From positions 1-62,925 of the forward strand of contig JBKPDQ010000061.1 of NCBI GenBank assembly GCA_046728015.1: a stretch of DNA of 62,925 nucleotides, read 5' to 3'. The notes under the pieces are model-generated. The model saw only the letters and a list, made by a program, of their open reading frames with translations. It searched no databases and was not told the DNA's origin. This document shows positions 57,810 to 62,925 of this stretch, piece after piece (within the stretch, counting starts at the first letter, position 1; each line of letters begins with the position of its first letter). The DNA comes from Actinomycetota bacterium (lineage in GTDB: Bacteria > Actinomycetota > Thermoleophilia > Solirubrobacterales > 70-9). The translations under genes were made by a program, and so were the position numbers.

Positions 57810-57996
57810 CTCTCTACCCCTGTGTGTCCTTTCCCTTCGAGCCTCCGGCTTTCCATGCGCTGTGCGGTGGAGGCGGGCGCCAGTATGGCACTATCGTGTG
57901 AAGCTGGAAGGTTCGGTCGTTAAGCAAAGATTAACCGATCGAAGGAGAAGATGTTCATTCGATTGAAGGAAGAGCGACCGGTTCGCCCATCCGCGC

Positions 57997-59466
57997 TCAA
58001 GCCCACCGTTCGGGGCGCGATTCGCCGCCTGGGCCAACGACGAAGTGAACGCCGTCGAGGCCGGGATCGGGAAGCGGGAAGTCCACGCGATGGTGCGCGC
58101 CGCGCGACTCCCGCCGCTCCAGGGCACAGCGAGCGATCAGACCCGCCAGCGGATAGGGATCGTCGAGTAGCGCCCGCAGCCCTTCCTCGTGCCGCCGCGG
58201 GCCCGCGTGTCGCCAGACGGCCTCGCGCGTTGCGATCGTCGGCGGGCCGAAGCGCCAGTCCCCCGGAGCGGGCCTCGCGGCCACGCTCTCGCCGGCGTCT
58301 GCGACGGCCGCGGCGGCAGCCCGGGCGCCGAAGACGAAGCACTCGGTGAGCGAGTTCGAGGCGAGGCGGTTGGCGCCGTGGATTCCGGTGCAGGCGCACT
58401 CGCCGACCGCGAGCAGTCCTGGGAGGCTCGTGCGCCCGTCCAGATCGGAGGCAACGCCGCCGATCAGGTAGTGCGCCGCGGGCGCAACGGGAACCGGTTC
58501 GCGCTCTGGGTCGAGCCCGGCGTCGCGGCAGACGGCGAACACGTTCGGGAAGCGAGCGGGGCTCAATCCCGTGAGGTCGAGGAGGACATGGTCGCGGCCG
58601 TCGGCGCCCATGCGGTCGAGAATCGCCGCGGCCACCTGGTCGCGCGGCGCGAGCTCGTAGGTGAAGCGGCGCTCGGACGCGTCCAGGAGCGTTGCGCCCT
58701 CGCCGCGGACCGCCTCGGTGATCAGGCGTCCGTCGTACTCGCTGCCGGCGAGTGCGAGCGCCGTGGGGTGGAACTGGCAGAACTCCAGGTCGGCGAGATC
58801 GGCACCCGCGGCCTGGGCCATGACGGCGCCGGCCCCGATCGCGCCCCAGGGGTTGGTCGTACGGCTCCACAGCGCGGCTCCTCCCCCCGTCGCCACGACG
58901 GTCGCGCCGGCGGCAATGGCTCCGGTGTCGGTGATCACGCCGTGGCAACGCTCGCGGTCGCTCCAGAGCGCGGTCGCGGAGCTGCCTTCGAGCACCTCCA
59001 CTAGGGGCGCCGCGGCGGCGAGCTCCGCGAGGTGCGAGGTGATCGCGCGGCCCGTCTCGCTTCCGCCCGCGTGGACCACGCGTCGGGCGGAATGGCCGCC
59101 CTCGAGTCCCAGTTCCAGCTCGCCGTCCGGGTCGAGGTCGAACTTCACTCCGCGATCGCGGAGCTCCCGGACAGCGTCGGGCCCCTCGCGAACGAGCACC
59201 TCGACGGCGTCGGTCCGGCAGAGCCCGCGTCCGGCCGCCAGCGTGTCCGCAGCGTGTCGCTCGGGGGAATCGTCGTCGGCCAAGGCCGCCGCCAGTCCGC
59301 CCTGAGCCCAGTAGCTCGAGCTCTCGGCCAGGGGCTTTCTGGAGACGAGGACGGTTCGCGCTCCAGCCTCAGCCGTGCGAATGGCCACGAACAGGCCCGC
59401 CGCCCCGCCGCCGATCACGGCGACGTCATAGCTGCGCTGAGCGGCTGCGGTTTTCTCCGGTTCCAT
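57997..59466 (-). CDS. nadB: L-aspartate oxidase
   Basis: YDVAVIGGGAAGL FAD motif. ..SSYWAQGG.., HPT, RGEGA and ..SNSL.E..VFG are typical NadB/FrdA family motifs. Confidence 0.85.
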   Translation of the reverse strand: MEPEKTAAAQRSYDVAVIGGGAAGLFVAIRTAEAGARTVLVSRKPLAESSSYWAQGGLAAALADDDSPERHAADTLAAGRGLCRTDAVEVLVREGPDAVRELRDRGVKFDLDPDGELELGLEGGHSARRVVHAGGSETGRAITSHLAELAAAAPLVEVLEGSSATALWSDRERCHGVITDTGAIAAGATVVATGGGAALWSRTTNPWGAIGAGAVMAQAAGADLADLEFCQFHPTALALAGSEYDGRLITEAVRGEGATLLDASERRFTYELAPRDQVAAAILDRMGADGRDHVLLDLTGLSPARFPNVFAVCRDAGLDPEREPVPVAPAAHYLIGGVASDLDGRTSLPGLLAVGECACTGIHGANRLASNSLTECFVFGARAAAAAVADAGESVAARPAPGDWRFGPPTIATREAVWRHAGPRRHEEGLRALLDDPYPLAGLIARCALERRESRGAHHRVDFPLPDPGLDGVHFVVGPGGESRPERWA

Positions 59467-59492
59467 CGAGGCGGGTACGGTAGCCGCCACCC

Positions 59493-60488
59493 GTGGCGCT
59501 CTATGTCCATCACCGCTCGTCCTACGAGCACGACACCGGCGCACACCCCGAGAACGCGGGCCGGCTCCAGGCGATCGAGGCTGCGATCGCCGACGCCGGC
59601 GGGCTCGAGCTCGAGCGCTCCGAGGCGCCTGCGGCCACGCGCGAGCAGCTCGAGCGGGTTCACACCGCGGCGCACATCAACGCGATTCGCGAGCTCAGCG
59701 AGGCGGGCGGCGGGATGATCGACTTGGACACCACCGCCAGCGCCGGCTCCTACGAGGCAGCGCTGCACGCGGCGGGGGGCGCCGCCGGGGCGGCGCGGAC
59801 GTTGCTCGCCGACGGTCACCGGGCAGCTTTCTGCGGGCTCCGGCCGCCCGGCCACCACGCGGAGACGGCGCGGGCGATGGGCTTCTGCCTGTTCAACAAC
59901 GTCGCGGTGGCGGCGACTGAGGCGCTCTCCGTCGGCGCCGAGCGTGTGCTGGTTCTGGACTGGGACGTCCACCACGGCAACGGGACCGAGGAGATCTTCG
60001 CCGCCGACCCGCGGGTGCTCTACGTCTCGATCCATCAGTGGCCGCTGTATCCCGGCACCGGGCCGGCCGAGTACGAGGGAGTCGGGGACGGGGAGGGCTA
60101 CACGATCAACCTGCCCGTCCCGCCGGGCTCGGGCTCGGAGGAGTTCCTGGCGCTCGTCCAGCACGTCGTCGTTCCGGTCGCGCGCACGTATCAGCCGCAG
60201 CTCCTGGCGATCTCTGCCGGCTACGACGCCCACCGCGACGACCCCCTGGCGTCCTGCCTGGTCGATGCCAGGGCATACGCCGACATGAGCGCCACGATGC
60301 GCGACCTCGGCGCCGAGCTCGACGCGCCGGTGCTCGTTTGCCTGGAGGGCGGTTACGCGCCGCGAGCCCTGGCGGCTTCCGTGGTGGCGACGATCACGGC
60401 GCTCGACGGTGATCGTGAGCCGTCTTCAGCCCCCCGCGACCCCGCTGGGAGCCATCTCGAGCGGTTGCGACGGCGCTGGGACCTCTAG
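59493..60488 (+). CDS. Histone deacetylase / acetoin utilisation (AcuC-like) family deacetylase
   Basis: RPPGHHAE, DWDVHHGNGT and ..EGGY. GTG start. Confidence 0.85.
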   Translation: MALYVHHRSSYEHDTGAHPENAGRLQAIEAAIADAGGLELERSEAPAATREQLERVHTAAHINAIRELSEAGGGMIDLDTTASAGSYEAALHAAGGAAGAARTLLADGHRAAFCGLRPPGHHAETARAMGFCLFNNVAVAATEALSVGAERVLVLDWDVHHGNGTEEIFAADPRVLYVSIHQWPLYPGTGPAEYEGVGDGEGYTINLPVPPGSGSEEFLALVQHVVVPVARTYQPQLLAISAGYDAHRDDPLASCLVDARAYADMSATMRDLGAELDAPVLVCLEGGYAPRALAASVVATITALDGDREPSSAPRDPAGSHLERLRRRWDL

Positions 60489-60507
60489 CCGAGGGCGACG
60501 GAGCGAC

Positions 60508-61659
60508 TCACCGGACGAGGCGGCCCTTCAGCTCCGCAAGGAACGTGCGCGGGAAGCCGGGAACCTGGTCGAGCTCGTCGACCGAGTTGAAGCCGCGCTC
60601 GTCGCGGTACTTCAGGACCCGCTTGGACTGCGTTACCGACAGGCCGAGCTCGCGCAGCTCATCGAACGTGACGACCCGGAGGCTGAGCATGCCCTCGGGG
60701 ATCTCCTCCGGCGTGGGCTCCGGTTCGGGCGCCGCCCGGGCCTCTGGTTGGGACACGTGCGCCGCCTCCGCTGCGGCCTTCGCTGGCTCGGGCGCAGGAG
60801 CGGCGTCCGCGGGCGCCGCTTTCTGGGCCGCTTCCTCCGCCGGCCGGCGGCGAAACAGCCCCCGCAGGCCCCCGCCCTCGCTGGCCTCGGCCGGCGGCTT
60901 TGCCTCGGTCTCCTCTGGGCTTGCGGCCGGCGGCGACTCGGCCACCCAGCCCGGCACGTCGAGGGCCTGGTCGCCCTCGCCCGCGCCATCGCTGCCCTCG
61001 GCAACCTTCTCGGCCTCCGCCGCTAGCTCCGCGATCGAAGCGCCCGGGTCGGACTCCTTGGCGCGCTCCTCGACCGCGCCGATCTTGCTCTCGATCTCGC
61101 GGAAGCGCTGCTCGCGCTCTGCGGCGGATTCCGTGCGTGCGGCGAGCTCGATCTCGGTGGCGCGGCGCTCGGCGACCGCGGCCTCGCGCGCCCCGTCCTC
61201 GTTCGCGGTTGTCTGCTCGGACTCCCCGGCGGTCGCCTGTGCCTCCTTCAGCTTCTGCTCCGCCTCGCCGGCGCGTTTCTCGGCTTCCTGAAGCTTGGTC
61301 TGGCTCTCGGCGGCGCGCTTCTCGGCCTCCCAGAGCCGGCTCTCGAGCGACGCGAGCTGGGCCGAGGCCTCCTCCTTGGCGCGCTCCAGGTCCTCCTCCA
61401 GCGCCAGGATCTCCTCCATCGCGCGCTGCTCGGCAGCTTTGGCGGCGTTCTCGGCGGCGACTCGGATTCGCTGCGCCCTGTCGCCGCTGCTCTTGACCGC
61501 CGAGGGTACGCTGGCGGCGGCAGTGGCCGGCTCGGGTCGCTTGGTGGGCTGCGGCGCCTGCTGCCCGGACCCTTCTTCGGCAGGCGCAGCCGCTTCGGAC
61601 CCCAACCCCTCGGTGCCCTCCGGCGCCTTCCTGAAGAAGCTCAACCGGCGCTTCGCCAT
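60508..61659 (-). CDS. Coiled-coil protein with C-terminal ComEA-like helix-hairpin-helix domain
   Basis: About 250 aa of A/E/K-rich heptad-like sequence (AEKRAAESQTKLQEAEKRAGEAEQKLKEAQ), then ..FDELRELGLSVTQSKRVLKYRDERGFNSVDELDQVPG. Confidence 0.65.
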   Translation of the reverse strand: MAKRRLSFFRKAPEGTEGLGSEAAAPAEEGSGQQAPQPTKRPEPATAAASVPSAVKSSGDRAQRIRVAAENAAKAAEQRAMEEILALEEDLERAKEEASAQLASLESRLWEAEKRAAESQTKLQEAEKRAGEAEQKLKEAQATAGESEQTTANEDGAREAAVAERRATEIELAARTESAAEREQRFREIESKIGAVEERAKESDPGASIAELAAEAEKVAEGSDGAGEGDQALDVPGWVAESPPAASPEETEAKPPAEASEGGGLRGLFRRRPAEEAAQKAAPADAAPAPEPAKAAAEAAHVSQPEARAAPEPEPTPEEIPEGMLSLRVVTFDELRELGLSVTQSKRVLKYRDERGFNSVDELDQVPGFPRTFLAELKGRLVR

Positions 61660-61739
61660 CCGCGCGGGACTTTACGGAGAATCGTCCCGGCTTTCGCCGG
61701 TTCGGGACCGCCTGGGCCCGGCGCCGATTTTGCTCGGAG

Positions 61740-62066
61740 CTAGTCCGCGCGTTCCCAGTCGAGCGGGACCATCGTCACCTCGGTGTCCTCGGCCGTTTCA
61801 TCGTCGTCGAGCACCTCGGCGCGCTCGAGCGCACGATCGAGCCGAGCCCGGGGCACGATGTAGCGCCCCAATGACAGCCCCCGCTCATCGCTGATCGCGA
61901 TCAGCGCGGCCTCGTTGTCCTCCTCCGCGTTGGCGCGAAAGACGCGGACGAACACGGGCTCGAACTCCGCCGTCTCCTCGCAGACCCGGAATGCCAGCAC
62001 CGCGTCCTGCTCGGAGGCGATCGCATCCAGCGCTTGCAGCTGGTTTACCGCCTCGTCCTCGGGCAT
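61740..62066 (-). CDS. Acidic 108-aa hypothetical protein
   Basis: GAGGAGAG RBS before the ATG. Balanced, acidic composition. Confidence 0.5.
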   Translation of the reverse strand: MPEDEAVNQLQALDAIASEQDAVLAFRVCEETAEFEPVFVRVFRANAEEDNEAALIAISDERGLSLGRYIVPRARLDRALERAEVLDDDETAEDTEVTMVPLDWERAD

Positions 62067-62371
62067 CGCCCTCTCCTCTCGAGATCACCTCGGGGGCCAC
62101 TGGGTCTGGAGCCACAGCGGGCGCCCACCCAGGGGGTGGGCGCCGCACCCGCCGTCTCGATTCCCGCGATGCGGGCCTCGAGCACCTCCTCAAGCTCGGC
62201 GTAGGGCGACAGCGTGGGCTCGCCGGCCGTTTCGAACCGGTCGAACTCCGCGCGCCAGTCCGGACGGGCGGCCTCGCCGGGCTCGGTTTCGGAATCGCGT
62301 TCGGGCCCGATGGCGACCCGTATCCCCAACAGCGTCGCCACGGTCTTGGCGTTGATCCTCAGCCTGATCAC
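62045..62371 (-). CDS. Hypothetical protein; the 3' third is doubtful
   Basis: The N-terminal ~75 aa look coding. The tail is Arg/Gly-rich, has low GC3, and runs through the hairpin at 62120..62144 into the next gene. Confidence 0.3.
   Translation of the reverse strand: MIRLRINAKTVATLLGIRVAIGPERDSETEPGEAARPDWRAEFDRFETAGEPTLSPYAELEEVLEARIAGIETAGAAPTPWVGARCGSRPSGPRGDLERRGRCPRTRR
62120..62144 (-). terminator. Perfect 11-bp hairpin between the two small minus-strand genes
   Basis: GGCGCCCACCC-AGG-GGGTGGGCGCC. Confidence 0.4.
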
Positions 62372-62604
62372 CCTCCGGAAACCTCCGTCTTCCCCTCGGC
62401 CTTGAGCCCTGGGCGGTGTGACTCCGGTCGCGCCGAACCTAGTTGGCGGTCTGGCCAGAGTCCAGAGTTTTGGCCGGAATTACGCAGAATCGGCTACGCA
62501 CTTTCGGGACGGTCGCGGCGATCTCCCGGCATGCCTGTGTCTGGATCGCTGACGAGCGGAAGCGGACCATCGCCCGCAACGTCCAGCTACCCGCGGAGGA
62601 ACAG

Positions 62605-62850
62605 ATGCACGAAGCGTTCGGATACGTCCACGCACGAGGCCATTTCGCGCGCCGGCGCCTTGTCGCCCGGCTCAGCGATCCGGGCGGCCAGGGAACCGTC
62701 GAGTACGTCGGCCTGATCCTGCTGGTCTCCCTGTTGATGGTCGGCATGGTGGCCGCGATGAAGGGTTTCAACGGCCGCTCAGGCACCGAGATCGCGGAGG
62801 TGATCGTCTCGAAGATCAAGTCGGCCGTGAACGCGATCACGTTCCGCTAA
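62605..62850 (+). CDS. flp: Flp family type IVb (Tad) pilin precursor
   Basis: GGAGGA sits 4 nt before the ATG. Leader ends ..DPGGQG, followed by TVEYVGLILLVSLLMVGMV (G/xxxEY prepilin motif plus a hydrophobic helix). Confidence 0.7.
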   Translation: MHEAFGYVHARGHFARRRLVARLSDPGGQGTVEYVGLILLVSLLMVGMVAAMKGFNGRSGTEIAEVIVSKIKSAVNAITFR

Positions 62851-62925
62851 CCCGCCGCGCCGCCGCTCGCGCTGGCCGCCGCTCGCCGCGTCCCCGCCTC
62901 CCGCAGGCGGGGGTTGAGCGGGCGG

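Noticed and set aside
57951-58349. ORF with a GAAGGAG Shine-Dalgarno-like sequence and an ATG in the AT-rich patch downstream of nadB.
   Set aside because: Beyond the first ~15 codons it is antisense to nadB and Arg-rich. The SD-ATG is probably fortuitous, or at most a very short leader peptide. No support for a 132-aa protein.

Overview
This is a high-GC (roughly 70%) bacterial chromosomal window, Actinomycetota-like in gene content. It is densely coding with about 80 protein genes. I found no rRNA, no intact tRNA, no CRISPR array, and no transposase, integrase or phage genes. Recognisable housekeeping blocks: a split suf Fe-S assembly cluster (Rrf2-sufC-sufS-sufU, then Rieske-sufB-sufD); a divergent znuA / zur-znuC-znuB zinc uptake locus with clear Zur boxes; ispH; nadB; hydantoinase/oxoprolinase hyuA-hyuB; htpX next to a LuxR-type two-component system; an amino-acid ABC importer; and a dispersed CysO/CysM/Mec/MoeZ-type sulfur-carrier cysteine pathway. 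Less ordinary content: (i) at the left end, a 1502-aa Ser/Thr kinase-STAND NTPase-TM-WD40 protein and a SARP-USP regulator, bracketed by three paralogous secreted proteins that share an FDWGDAAIGA-TM-basic C-terminus; (ii) a DUF4331/TPR pair; (iii) a cupredoxin-like protein with membrane proteins; (iv) an MlaE/MlaF-like ABC operon with a GntR regulator and no MCE component; (v) a same-strand hyuA-hyuB-DUF1802-DUF1152-unknown cluster; (vi) a third Zur box in front of an unrecognised small-gene cassette. Several genes show apparent frameshifts at G/C homopolymers, which may be sequencing artefacts. All calls rest on motif reading of the supplied ORF translations and manual reading of intergenic DNA. 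Start codons are inferred. No database search, HMM or folding computation was possible.
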